A DNA stretch of 64,000 bases from Oligoflexia bacterium (GTDB taxonomy: Bacteria > Bdellovibrionota_G > JALEGL01), in assembly GCA_035326705.1 (NCBI GenBank), contig DAOLES010000004.1, forward strand, positions 192,232-256,231, in the 5' to 3' direction. This document shows positions 1 to 9,361 of this stretch, in pieces. The position numbers were made by a program, and so were the translations under genes. A model generated the notes under the pieces. It saw only the letters and a list, made by a program, of their open reading frames with translations. It ran no database searches and was not told where the DNA came from. The stretch's first letter is position 1; each line of letters starts with the position of its first letter.

Positions 1-952
1 AGGTGTATAGTAAAATGCGTGTTGAGCATTGAGTTTTGGTGTGATGGTGGAAGTGTGTTTTAGTCTATCATAAACTGGAAGTTCAGTTTCATTGTTGACA
101 GTGGCGTTACAGGTTTCAGGATCTTCAACACTGAAAACATTCACTGTAATGTCTTGGCTGTAGCTGTTTGCATTAAGTCGTGAATAATTGATGCTTAATG
201 ACATATTGTTGATTGGATCATTTGAACAAGCAAAAAGTTGTGGCGTTTGTTCTTGGCCTAATGAAAGCGCTTCATTAATAATAAAGCGATAAGCGGGGTT
301 GTCTTGCGGCCTATTATTTTTTATAGGCGTATTGTTATTGTAAATATTGACTTGGCCAAGGGCAATCAATTGTCTTGAATAAGGGTCATAAGTAACATTG
401 ATATCAGAGGTCATATAAAATAAGTTGTTATTGCTGCGATAGATGGGTAGAGCTTCCTTTGTAGCCGTATGATATACAGATGTATATGCTGAAGCATAGT
501 TGTAATTATCAAACTTGTCAGTTTGAGTGAAAGTTTTAGCATAAAGAATATCTTCATGGTTGCAATGGGTTTCTATTTCTATCTTTACAGCATAGTTGTT
601 ATGGTGAATATGCGTATAGGTGATTTTTAAAGCAGCAGAGTCTTCTTCATCAGTTAAAAGGTTTTTGCTGTTGACGGAAAGTGTGGCTACACCAGCATTA
701 AAAATAAGGGGGGTATTGCTTAGGTTAAAGTTATACAATAATGACGAAGTATCAGCATTTGTGTTGGGGCTATAAATTTTTACAGATCCATCCAAAGATG
801 CGCTGTTTGAAAGACCAAATATTTGCTTTAAAATCAAGAGATGCCTCAAAGATATTATTTTTACTAACCAGGTTTTTTAAGCTTTTAACAGGATATATGC
901 CGGCATGGGCAGCTCCTAAAAATAAAGTTATTATTAAAAAAAGCTTTTTCAT
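1..952 (-). pseudogene. Secreted beta-rich (S/N/T-rich) protein, partial at the window edge. The signal-peptide ORF (770..952, MKKLFLIITLFLGAAHAG) and the long body ORF (<1..~880) lie in different frames, so this is an apparent frameshift or a sequencing error.
   Basis: I translated the minus strand by hand. The signal peptide sits in one frame and the long open frame in the -1 frame. The two frames overlap across ~770-880. An A6 run lies near 870. Confidence 0.35.
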
Positions 953-1110
953 GCGGTCCCCTTTAAGTAAATGTTTTTATTGACAAGCCAATAACAAAAA
1001 GCAAGTAAAAAATCAAGGGACGTGGCGTTAAGTCACATCATAAACGAATGATTTGCATGTCCTTAAAAAAAATAAGGGTACATACAGATAAAAATTTATT
1101 TACAATAAGT

Positions 1111-1698
1111 TTATTGATTCTTTTTAACGGCGACCAGATTGTATTTATCAAAGCCGGCTTCCGCTGAGGTAAAAAGAACAGCAGTTAATAGCCAGTAAGG
1201 TACCTCTTTGTCCGCAATGACCAAAATATTGCCTTCATAGGTGGTGGCTTTTTCATCACGAATTTTGGTTTCAGCTTTAACCATGGCGGCTTGTGTTTTT
1301 AAGGCTTTAAACAACTCAGGAATCATGTAATCTCTGTTACGCGCCTTGCGTTTCATGCTTAATACGGCTTTTGAATCAAGCGTGGCAACAATGTCATTAT
1401 TGACAATGATTTGACCTTCACCGCTGTCATAATTGCTAACAGTGAGTTTTGTTGCATCTACAGGTGTGATTTGATGGGTTGACTTTGGAAATTGAAAGTT
1501 TTTAGTAGAATCCACAGTTAAGGTAGAACCAGAATAGCTTTTGAGCAAGAACACTAGAATGATTGTCATCATGTCCATCATGGCCACCAAATTAAGTTCT
1601 TTAGAATGACTGCTATCTAAGCCTCTGCCTCTGCGTTTACGCAAACGAGCGCGCCAGAGGTGAAGACTTGCATGTTGTTCTGTTTCTGCTGATGCCAT
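1111..1698 (-). CDS. ExbD/TolR-family biopolymer transport protein (AglS/AglQ-like motor subunit)
   Basis: Single N-terminal TM segment 'NLVAMMDMMTIILVFLL', typical of ExbD/TolR. It is the third gene of an exbB-exbD-exbD triad. Confidence 0.8.
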   Translation of the reverse strand: MASAETEQHASLHLWRARLRKRRGRGLDSSHSKELNLVAMMDMMTIILVFLLKSYSGSTLTVDSTKNFQFPKSTHQITPVDATKLTVSNYDSGEGQIIVNNDIVATLDSKAVLSMKRKARNRDYMIPELFKALKTQAAMVKAETKIRDEKATTYEGNILVIADKEVPYWLLTAVLFTSAEAGFDKYNLVAVKKNQ

Positions 1699-1725
1699 AA
1701 CTTTCCTTAGATTTTTTACGCCTGT

Positions 1726-2226
1726 TTATAAAACACTTAGTGTTACACTTGGAAACAGACCTTCATCTCCATCTTCTTCTTTATCGCGCAAGGCATCCAT
1801 GGTTTTTATAATATCATCGTATTTCACAGACTCATGCGCTAAAATTAAAACCTTTTCTTCTTTAGGGAACAGAGCTTTGATCGAGTCGCCACGCTTTTTG
1901 AGCGCTTCAAACTGATATTCACCCTTCACTTTGGGAATTTGTGTTTTGGGCAAAGACTTTCCACCTTGTACGCTGGGATCTACTATAAAACCAGTTTCAG
2001 TTACCCTAACCATAAGCAAAAGCTCTTTTTTCTTTAACTGCTCTTGTGCAGTGGCAGCGTTGGGGCTTAATTGAGGGATAGAGGCATTTAGAATGGTAAA
2101 ACTTAAAAAGCTGGTAATACTCATTAACATGAATAATACCAAGTTTACCATAATGTCCAAGTAGGGAACGAGGTTGAGTTCACCCACTTCAACTTCTAAG
2201 CCGCTTTCTCGCTGACCTCTGGACAT
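1726..2226 (-). CDS. ExbD/TolR-family protein (second paralog)
   Basis: 'ELNLVPYLDIMVNLVLFML' TM segment plus an ExbD-like periplasmic domain. Confidence 0.8.
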   Translation of the reverse strand: MSRGQRESGLEVEVGELNLVPYLDIMVNLVLFMLMSITSFLSFTILNASIPQLSPNAATAQEQLKKKELLLMVRVTETGFIVDPSVQGGKSLPKTQIPKVKGEYQFEALKKRGDSIKALFPKEEKVLILAHESVKYDDIIKTMDALRDKEEDGDEGLFPSVTLSVL

Positions 2227-2229
2227 AGA

Positions 2230-2862
2230 TTAAGCAGCCTCACTCTCATGTCTGATGGTTAAAAGGTTTTCCAAACGACTGGTGTAGTAATCTAAATCAC
2301 CAATAATCTTTTTAGCCCAGCCAGAAAGAATCAAGTGAGCAATGATACAGATTACAGCAATACTCAAACCCAACATGGTGTTGTAAAGTGCTTCAGCAAT
2401 ACCCACACCCATCGCTTCAGCTCTGGCTTCAGCAGAAAGACCGCCCAAAGCACCAAAAGATATACTCAATCCCCAAATGGTTCCAATTAAGCCTACCAAT
2501 GTAGCAATGTTAGCAATGGCCCATAAAGAACCAATGCGCTTTTCAATCCTTGGTGTAACTTGCAATAAAGCTTCATCAATACCCATAGAAACGGCCATAC
2601 CTCCAAGAGGAGCTTTGGCTAAGCCAGATTTTACAACAGTCGCCAAAGGAGATTTGCTGGTGTTGGCAAAGTTTCTGGCACTGTTTAAGTCATTGGCCAA
2701 AATATGGCGTTCAATGGTTTGCATGAATGAAACACCATTGACGGAGTATTTTGCCCAAAGCATATAGACACGTTCTAAGATGACACCAAGAGCGATAATA
2801 GAGACAATAGTGTTAAGCTGCATAAAACGACTATGCCAGTAAACATCAAAAAAAGATGACAT
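2230..2862 (-). CDS. MotA/TolQ/ExbB-family proton channel
   Basis: Multiple TM segments. The C-terminal half matches the conserved ExbB/TolQ 'GLIGTIWGL...AEALYNTMLGL' region. Confidence 0.85.
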   Translation of the reverse strand: MSSFFDVYWHSRFMQLNTIVSIIALGVILERVYMLWAKYSVNGVSFMQTIERHILANDLNSARNFANTSKSPLATVVKSGLAKAPLGGMAVSMGIDEALLQVTPRIEKRIGSLWAIANIATLVGLIGTIWGLSISFGALGGLSAEARAEAMGVGIAEALYNTMLGLSIAVICIIAHLILSGWAKKIIGDLDYYTSRLENLLTIRHESEAA

Positions 2863-2950
2863 AATTAAACCTCCAAATTTTTGTGTAAGCTATCATGTTG
2901 TACACAATTTTTTTATATTTAAACAATTATCCTATTGTATACCAATTGTA

Positions 2951-4078
2951 TCAGTTGGCAACTTTCTGAATTTTTTCTGCAAGGTAATCGTGCTGGGGCC
3001 AGGTATGTTGAGATAAGTTTTTTTGTGGGGCGTGCAGTCTAAACCGACGTTTACAATGCAAAACCCTCTCAATAGAAGCTTGTAAACGTAAGGGATCTAA
3101 GGTCTTTTGTTCTAAAGCGTTAACAATGGCATTGTAAACATTTTCGGATTCCTGCAAAGATTTGCACACCAAAAGTAAATCAACACCAGCATTTAGCGCT
3201 TCAACTGCAGCAGAAGATAGGTTTTTATTTTTGGCCACAGCATGCATCTCCAAATCATCACTGACAATTAGACCTTCATAGCCAAGACGTTTGCGTAAAA
3301 GAGTTTGTAAGAAAAAAGGAGATAAAGTAGCCATGTTGTGTGGATCTATAGCACTGTAAACAATATGAGCTGTCATAATCATAGGCACCTTATATGCAAT
3401 GGCTCTAATGAAAGGCTTAAGCTCGCGTTGCATCAGTGTTTTTAAAGAAGTATCAACGCTGGGTAAGGCCAAGTGGCTGTCTAATAGGGTGTCACCATGA
3501 CCTGGGAAATGTTTAGCACAAGAAATAATGTTATTTTGATTAAAACTATCAACGCTAAGACCCACCAAATTGCTGGTTGTTTTTTGGGTGCTGGCAAAGG
3601 CTCTATCATTGATAATTGGATTTTTGGGATTGGTGTGAATATCTGCTACAGGTGAAAAATCCAAGTTAACACCAATGCTTTTAAGTTGTCTGCATATGGC
3701 ATTGATTTGTTGCCGAGCCAATTTAGGAGATTGGGTTTTTTCATAACTTTGTCCCAAAGCTTGGTTACCGGGAAAGTGGGTAAAAGGTTTACTTAAACGT
3801 TCTACGCGGCCGCCCTCCTGATCTATGCCAATAAAAGGGGGTGTTGCAAAGTGTTGCCAAACTTCTTGTGATAAGGCTAGACTTTGTTCAGGGCTATCTA
3901 AATTACGCCTAAAATAAATTACCCCGGCAGGGTCTACTTTTTTGATGAAGCTGATTTCATCTTTATTTAAATACGTACTATCAAAACCAATCATCATGAG
4001 TTGACCCAAGCGACGTTTTAGAGTTTGAATTGGCCAAGAGCTTTTCTGTTTTTTGCGTGCATTTTGTTGCATATTCAT
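2951..4078 (-). CDS. nagZ: Beta-N-acetylhexosaminidase, glycoside hydrolase family 3 (NagZ-like)
   Basis: GH3 N-terminal domain motif 'KHFPGHGDT' and overall NagZ architecture (~375 aa). Confidence 0.8.
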   Translation of the reverse strand: MNMQQNARKKQKSSWPIQTLKRRLGQLMMIGFDSTYLNKDEISFIKKVDPAGVIYFRRNLDSPEQSLALSQEVWQHFATPPFIGIDQEGGRVERLSKPFTHFPGNQALGQSYEKTQSPKLARQQINAICRQLKSIGVNLDFSPVADIHTNPKNPIINDRAFASTQKTTSNLVGLSVDSFNQNNIISCAKHFPGHGDTLLDSHLALPSVDTSLKTLMQRELKPFIRAIAYKVPMIMTAHIVYSAIDPHNMATLSPFFLQTLLRKRLGYEGLIVSDDLEMHAVAKNKNLSSAAVEALNAGVDLLLVCKSLQESENVYNAIVNALEQKTLDPLRLQASIERVLHCKRRFRLHAPQKNLSQHTWPQHDYLAEKIQKVAN

Positions 4079-4102
4079 TGCATTACCTTAAACTGATCCA
4101 CA

Positions 4103-5497
4103 ATGAAAATACCAAATAAAGTTTTAATGATTTTTCTGTCTTGCTTAGGCTGCTTCATGCATCCGCAGAAGGCTATGGCAAAAACACCTGCTGATAATCT
4201 TGAACAACGCATTGATTGGGTGCTTGATAAAGCTAAAATTAAACAAAATAATATTGGTTTGTATATGTTTAATGAACAGCAGGTTTTGTATACCAAACAT
4301 GCACATAAAACTTTAAATCCAGCATCAGCAATAAAAATTTTGGTAACAGCGGCAGCTTTGGAGCATTGGGGACAAGCGCATGAGTTTTCTACCAAGCTTT
4401 GGTTGAATAAAGGGCAACTTTGTATCAAAGGAGGCTTAGACCCATATTTTGTCAGTGAAAATTTATGGTTGTTGGGACAAATGTTGCGTAGAGAGTCCAT
4501 CAATAAAATTCAATCATTGATTATTGATAATAGTGACTTATCGGTACAGCATGGCCTAAAGAAAAATTTTTCTGGAGATGCCCACCGAGCATTTGTTGCC
4601 CCACAAAGTGCCTTGGCTTTAAACTTTAACTCATTGACGGTACATGTTTATCCTGCTGTCGCTAAAGGTCAACAAGCTACGGTTTTAATTGATCCAGATT
4701 TGCCTGAGGATGCTTATCATTTAAATGCTCAGGTCAACACGGTTAATAGTGCTGGAAAAAAAAGTATTGTTATGCAAGTAAGCTACGATGAAAAAAAACA
4801 ACGCTTAAACATTAATGTTAATGGGGTCATAGGGATCAATGAAAAACATAGAACCTTGTATGGATCTGTGTCTCAACCAGAGTTTTATTTTGCGCAAGCT
4901 TTAAAAAATATGTTGGCTAAAGAAAATTTACTGGCAACAAAACAAGTTTTTGATGTGCAATACAAACCTTGTGCAACAATGGGTACTGCTTTGGAATTTA
5001 AATCTAAACCTCTGACCCATATTGTTTGGGGGATGAATAAGTACAGCAATAATTTTATGGCTGAAATGCTGTCCTATGCTTTAGCTAAAGACGGGGTTGA
5101 TTTAAATGATTGGCTTAAAAAAAATAAAGGACCACTAAAAGATGCGGTTGTTTTAAACAAAGCTTCAGGCTTATCTAGACAAACTGAAATTTCTGCTCAT
5201 GATTTAGCACAGTTATTTTTTGTTTCAGCCCAACATCCAGTATACGGCACTGAGTTTTTGCATGCCATGAGCGTTGCAGGCCAAGACGGAACTTTACGCA
5301 ATCGCTTTAAAAGTAAAGCTATGTTTGGCAAGATAAGGGCAAAATCCGGTACACTTAACAATGTTACTGCTTTGGTTGGGCAGGCAAATACAAAAAAATA
5401 TGGGGCTGTTTATTTTGCTTTTTTGTGGAATGATACCGGTCAAAGTGGTTGGCATCTGCGTGATCTTGAAGAAAAAATATTGGCGGAACTGTTTTAA
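4103..5497 (+). CDS. dacB: D-alanyl-D-alanine carboxypeptidase/endopeptidase, PBP4 family (peptidase S13)
   Basis: Signal peptide; SxxK 'SAIK'; SxN 'YSNN'; KTG-like 'KSGTL'; length ~460 aa. Confidence 0.8.
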   Translation: MKIPNKVLMIFLSCLGCFMHPQKAMAKTPADNLEQRIDWVLDKAKIKQNNIGLYMFNEQQVLYTKHAHKTLNPASAIKILVTAAALEHWGQAHEFSTKLWLNKGQLCIKGGLDPYFVSENLWLLGQMLRRESINKIQSLIIDNSDLSVQHGLKKNFSGDAHRAFVAPQSALALNFNSLTVHVYPAVAKGQQATVLIDPDLPEDAYHLNAQVNTVNSAGKKSIVMQVSYDEKKQRLNINVNGVIGINEKHRTLYGSVSQPEFYFAQALKNMLAKENLLATKQVFDVQYKPCATMGTALEFKSKPLTHIVWGMNKYSNNFMAEMLSYALAKDGVDLNDWLKKNKGPLKDAVVLNKASGLSRQTEISAHDLAQLFFVSAQHPVYGTEFLHAMSVAGQDGTLRNRFKSKAMFGKIRAKSGTLNNVTALVGQANTKKYGAVYFAFLWNDTGQSGWHLRDLEEKILAELF

Positions 5498-5535
5498 AAC
5501 AATCTTTAACACAAGGGCTATGGTACAATAAGAAG

Positions 5536-6141
5536 ATGATGCAAAAATATAAAAATGTAGGCTTTTCTTTGATTGAACTAATGACCGTCTTGGTGATTGT
5601 TGGCCTTTTAGCTGCGATTGCGGGCCCTATTTATTTAAACTATATTCGTAAAGCCAGAACTTCAGAAGCCATCAACAATTTAGGTATTATTGCTTTGTAT
5701 CAGGAAAGTTTTTTTGCAGAAAATGAAAGTTATGTAACCGTGGGGCCAAGCCCTGCTAAAGTACCCAATTATCAAACAGGGAGAGAAAAATTTAATACTT
5801 CAGTCTCCGGTTGGAATTTATTGGGTAGAGTGATACGCAATGGTGAAGAGGTGTATTTTCAGTATGAGGCAATTGCAGGGCAAATTGATGAATCCGGAAA
5901 CAATGTGACCGGAGGTCTTGGCGATTTAAAAGCAATTGATGGCTCTTATACACCAGGAGGTTCAGACTGTAACCATAGTGCCATAACGCCCTCAACCACC
6001 CTTGGCATCCCAACTCCGGTGAGCAGCAACTGGTATTATATAACGGCCGTGGCTGATCAAAAGGGGCCGCTTAAAGACTGCTCCTTGTTTATTAAGGTCA
6101 TTGATAGAAATGACATTTATGAAGAAGACCCTACACAATAA
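5536..6141 (+). CDS. Type IV pilin-like protein with a prepilin N-terminal cleavage/methylation domain
   Basis: 'KNVGFSLIELMTVLVIVGLLAAIAG' class III signal (G|FxxxE) plus a C-terminal Cys pair. Confidence 0.7.
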   Translation: MMQKYKNVGFSLIELMTVLVIVGLLAAIAGPIYLNYIRKARTSEAINNLGIIALYQESFFAENESYVTVGPSPAKVPNYQTGREKFNTSVSGWNLLGRVIRNGEEVYFQYEAIAGQIDESGNNVTGGLGDLKAIDGSYTPGGSDCNHSAITPSTTLGIPTPVSSNWYYITAVADQKGPLKDCSLFIKVIDRNDIYEEDPTQ

Positions 6142-6218
6142 AAATACTTCTAATCAATTTTAGCTTTTGGGTTATTGCAGTTAATAAAAGACAATGCTGA
6201 TTAGGTAATAAAACCGGG

Positions 6219-6656
6219 CTAACTTTTAAAAGTATTAATTGTTGTTGTAAATAATAGTTTTGGATTGCACCTGTTATCTGAGCAGGAGTCTAGGTAAAAA
6301 TTAATTGTACCATTGTTTAACAGTTGGCCAGTAAGGCTTGAATTTTCATTTTCTCCATAAATAAACTGCGCTGGATTTTCTGGATCAATCTCAATATTCC
6401 ATTGCAAAGTGGGAGTATTGTTTTTGTTTTTTAGCTGAATGTTTTTTTGGGTATCATTATAGACCCATGTCCAGCCGTAGTAATCTGTGTTGCTGATGGT
6501 TTTGCCATCATAGGATGGTTTTAGGTGTGCATCAGTGGAGCCGCTAACAGGTAAGAAGTAGCCCGTAGAGGTTGCTTTGCCATTCCATGTTGGACTTCCC
6601 TGAGCGTAGATTGAAAAAATACTCATAAACAACAGACATAAAAAAAGTTTAAACAT
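6219..6656 (-). CDS. Secreted hypothetical protein
   Basis: N-terminal signal peptide; N/T-rich; no recognisable domain. Confidence 0.45.
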   Translation of the reverse strand: MFKLFLCLLFMSIFSIYAQGSPTWNGKATSTGYFLPVSGSTDAHLKPSYDGKTISNTDYYGWTWVYNDTQKNIQLKNKNNTPTLQWNIEIDPENPAQFIYGENENSSLTGQLLNNGTINFYLDSCSDNRCNPKLLFTTTINTFKS

Positions 6657-6719
6657 GTGTTCTCCCCAGGAAAATTTTTATGAACTGGTAACATATTTTT
6701 AACTTTTAACGCAAGGGTA

Positions 6720-8021
6720 TTATTTTTTCTGAATGTACTGCTTATCCAACAAGTATTGAAAGACTTTGGCGGTTTCTAAATCCGTGAGTTCACTGATGTC
6801 TAGGGCAGCTTGTAAGGTGCCTTCGTTGAGGATATTTTGTAAAACGGTTAAAACTTTAGGATGTAACCTAGATAAAGGTGCTGTAAGGGGTTTGCATAAA
6901 ACAAATTTTTGCTCAAACTTGGGTAAGGTTGATTTTAACTTTTTAAGTTCATCCATTTGTCTAAAGGCTTCCATAAGCAAGCCTTCAATGTTTGCGCTCA
7001 GTGGTTCTTTGTTTTTGCTGGTTATTTCTGTTGCCAACAGCTGAAAATCTCCTTCATCCCAGCTTAGCATGCGATGCACAGCTTTTAAGCCGTTAACATT
7101 AGCAAGATCGGCCTGCATGATAGCGCCATTTTTTAGTAAAATTTTGCCGGTCTGTTTGTTTTTATCAATTTGTAATAAACCGCTGCGTTTATTTTGTGCC
7201 AAGTTTTGGAGTAAATCGGGTAAGCTCATTAATGAAAGATTGCCGGACAGTGCACTGGAAGCATTGTTGCTGATTTTAAGCTCTTGCTCTTCTTTTATTT
7301 TTGCAAAAGAAGCTTCATGATGGTTGACAGAGCGTTCAATTTCAAAATCTTCACTGACTTGTTCAAAGTCAATATTATCTTCTGCATTAAAAGTGTCATT
7401 GATAGAAGGTTGTTCGCTATTAACCGCTTCGTCTTCTATGCTTTCACTTAAATCAACCAAATCAAAGTCATCTTGCCCAGAACTTTTTTCATCAAGTGAG
7501 TTATCATGGACAAAGTCTAAATCATCCAATTGATCCTTATCACTGTCCAAATTAGCGGCTGTTTGTGGGTTTGATTGCGGTTCTGAAATAGGAACTTCTT
7601 CTTCAATTTTATGAGAAGTGTCAGGAAATTCCTGAATTTTATCTTGGGTGTTAATTTGATCAGAGTTGGATGTTTTGACAATGTTAGCAGCGTCTTCTTC
7701 TGATAAAGCAAAGGTTAATTTGATTTTACTGGTGCCAAGGCTCACCACATCGTTGTTGCTGGCTTTTTGTTTTTCTTTGAGAATATCATCGTTTAAAAAT
7801 GTACCATTGGTGCTGCCTAAGTCTTGAACAAAGACGCCATTAGGTTCAACAGAAATTTGACAATGATTGCGGGAGATTTTTTTTTCACTGAGATAAATGT
7901 CACAATCTTCACCGCGTCCCATGACCAATGTTCTAGGAGGGATGATGCGCAGCTCTACGCCTTCATTTTCACCCTCTAAAAAAGTCAATAAGACTTCGTT
8001 ATGCTTGTTTGCTTTACTCAT
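6720..8021 (-). CDS. FHA-domain protein with a C-terminal DUF4388-like domain
   Basis: N-terminal FHA ('MGRGEDCDIYL...SRNHCQI...DLGSTNGTFLN'). Acidic linker. C-terminal 'GNLSLMSLPDLLQNLAQNKRSGLLQI' is typical of DUF4388. Confidence 0.7.
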   Translation of the reverse strand: MSKANKHNEVLLTFLEGENEGVELRIIPPRTLVMGRGEDCDIYLSEKKISRNHCQISVEPNGVFVQDLGSTNGTFLNDDILKEKQKASNNDVVSLGTSKIKLTFALSEEDAANIVKTSNSDQINTQDKIQEFPDTSHKIEEEVPISEPQSNPQTAANLDSDKDQLDDLDFVHDNSLDEKSSGQDDFDLVDLSESIEDEAVNSEQPSINDTFNAEDNIDFEQVSEDFEIERSVNHHEASFAKIKEEQELKISNNASSALSGNLSLMSLPDLLQNLAQNKRSGLLQIDKNKQTGKILLKNGAIMQADLANVNGLKAVHRMLSWDEGDFQLLATEITSKNKEPLSANIEGLLMEAFRQMDELKKLKSTLPKFEQKFVLCKPLTAPLSRLHPKVLTVLQNILNEGTLQAALDISELTDLETAKVFQYLLDKQYIQKK

Positions 8022-8036
8022 GTTTGTATGTGTCTT

Positions 8037-8825
8037 CTAATCTGCCTTGGCGCTTTCAAAAAGTAAAATAGTTTTTCCAATTTGAATTTTATCATGCGGA
8101 TTAAGCACCTTATTGTTAATCCGTTCCTGGTTGACAAATGTACCATTGGAAGATGCCAAGTCTCTAATAATCACTCTTCCCCCTTCAACAACTTCAATTA
8201 TAGCATGTTTTCTGGATACGTCAGCGTCGTTGAGAGAAATATGGCAGCCAATGCGGCCAATAGCAAAAGACACTTTCTGAATGGCAAATTTTTTACCTTT
8301 GTCTGGGCCTAAAATAATACGCATACGAACCACACGTTCTTCAGGTTTGATGGGGCGTTGAACTTTACGATCCACTTGAGTTTTACTGGGTTCATAGTGA
8401 ACAAACTCTTCATCAATAAGACCCGAAAGTCCGGAGTAACTTCCGGTTTTTAAGTTATGTGATGAGTTGGTCAGTTCACTGCTAATTCTAGGATTTTGTC
8501 TAATGCACAATAAGGTTTGACCAATTTGTATGGCTTGGCCAAGATGAATTTGTTGTTGGGTTATAGACTGGCCATCAATAAAGGTGCCGTTACTGCTTCC
8601 TAGGTCAGTGACCCTTATGTGTGGGCCATGAATTTCTATAGCCAAATGACTGGAAGATACTCGGATGTCACGGACCAATATATCTCCGTTTTTTCTACCC
8701 AAAATAATTCGGGTTTTGCCAATGGCAACCCGTCGGCCTTTTTCATTGCCTTCTAAGAATTCAAGGTAGTAACCCAGTTCAGGCGCAAGGTCAATGGCAC
8801 TAAAATTTGATTTTTCTTCTGACAT
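8037..8825 (-). CDS. Tandem FHA-domain protein (two FHA domains)
   Basis: Two copies of 'GR..CDI.L.D..VSR.HA.I' and 'DL.S.NGT..N' FHA signatures. Confidence 0.75.
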   Translation of the reverse strand: MSEEKSNFSAIDLAPELGYYLEFLEGNEKGRRVAIGKTRIILGRKNGDILVRDIRVSSSHLAIEIHGPHIRVTDLGSSNGTFIDGQSITQQQIHLGQAIQIGQTLLCIRQNPRISSELTNSSHNLKTGSYSGLSGLIDEEFVHYEPSKTQVDRKVQRPIKPEERVVRMRIILGPDKGKKFAIQKVSFAIGRIGCHISLNDADVSRKHAIIEVVEGGRVIIRDLASSNGTFVNQERINNKVLNPHDKIQIGKTILLFESAKAD

Positions 8826-8939
8826 AGATTTGTTACTTCAATGGGTTCATCTTATGAAGTGAGTTTTTTGTCAAGTCGCAGGGTCATATATAGAGAGTAA
8901 AAAATTGCTCATTATCCATGAGCTTGATATGCAAAGCTT

Positions 8940-9230
8940 ATGTCAGAAAAAGCATGTTGGGTAGAATATTCAGGGTCTAAGTTTTGGCTATTGGTTTTTG
9001 CTTTAGTGTATTTCCCAGTGGCCATTTTTTTAATTTTATTAAGAGGTAAGTTGCACGTCCACCAAGGCACCTATTACTTTGATTATACGGGTTCAGTGTT
9101 TTGGTTGGGTTTTTGGTTGTTGGTCTTCTTCCCTATTGGCTTACTGTTGGTGCTGATCAACGGCATCTCGTTTAAGCAGATTAATGGACAAAATCATAGT
9201 TCGATTAACAATGAAGCCATAGAATTTTAG
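8940..9230 (+). CDS. Small membrane protein with an internal tandem duplication
   Basis: Two ~36-aa repeats, each with a TM helix: 'YSGSKFWLLVFALVYFPVAIFLILL' and 'YTGSVFWLGFWLLVFFPIGLLLVLI'. Confidence 0.4.
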   Translation: MSEKACWVEYSGSKFWLLVFALVYFPVAIFLILLRGKLHVHQGTYYFDYTGSVFWLGFWLLVFFPIGLLLVLINGISFKQINGQNHSSINNEAIEF

Positions 9231-9246
9231 GTGTAAATTTGAAGCA

Positions 9247-9340
9247 GCACGCACGAAGAAAAAGATTTTTGTACAACGAGTTTTGGCTGGCAAGCCAGCC
9301 AACAGGTTGAGCGGGTAGAAAAACTTTTTCTTCGTGGTGC
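9247..9340 (+). promoter_or_regulatory. Long bulged hairpin (~17 bp stem, ~59 nt loop with an internal GGCTGGC-AA-GCCAGCC hairpin) in the pyrF leader
   Basis: Arms gcacgcacgaagaaaaag and ctttttcttcgtggtgcgt pair across 13 + 4 bp with one bulge. The 3' arm ends 10 nt before the pyrF RBS. Confidence 0.5.
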
Positions 9341-9361
9341 GTATGTATGAAGGAGAAAACG

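Noticed and set aside
2477-2767. Antisense or alternative-frame ORFs overlapping well-supported genes (e.g. 2477..2767, 6766..7533, 9514..10012, 11255..11515, 28641..28892, 32309..33289, 46627..46974, 53610..54191)
   Set aside because: Each lies fully inside a longer ORF with clear homology on the other strand or frame. They have no independent signals, so they were treated as spurious.
2863-2950. GTGTA-N13-TACAC and ACAATT/AATTGT inverted repeats in the exbB promoter region
   Set aside because: They are short and imperfect, in a very AT-rich spacer. That is not distinguishable from background, so they are not reported as an operator.
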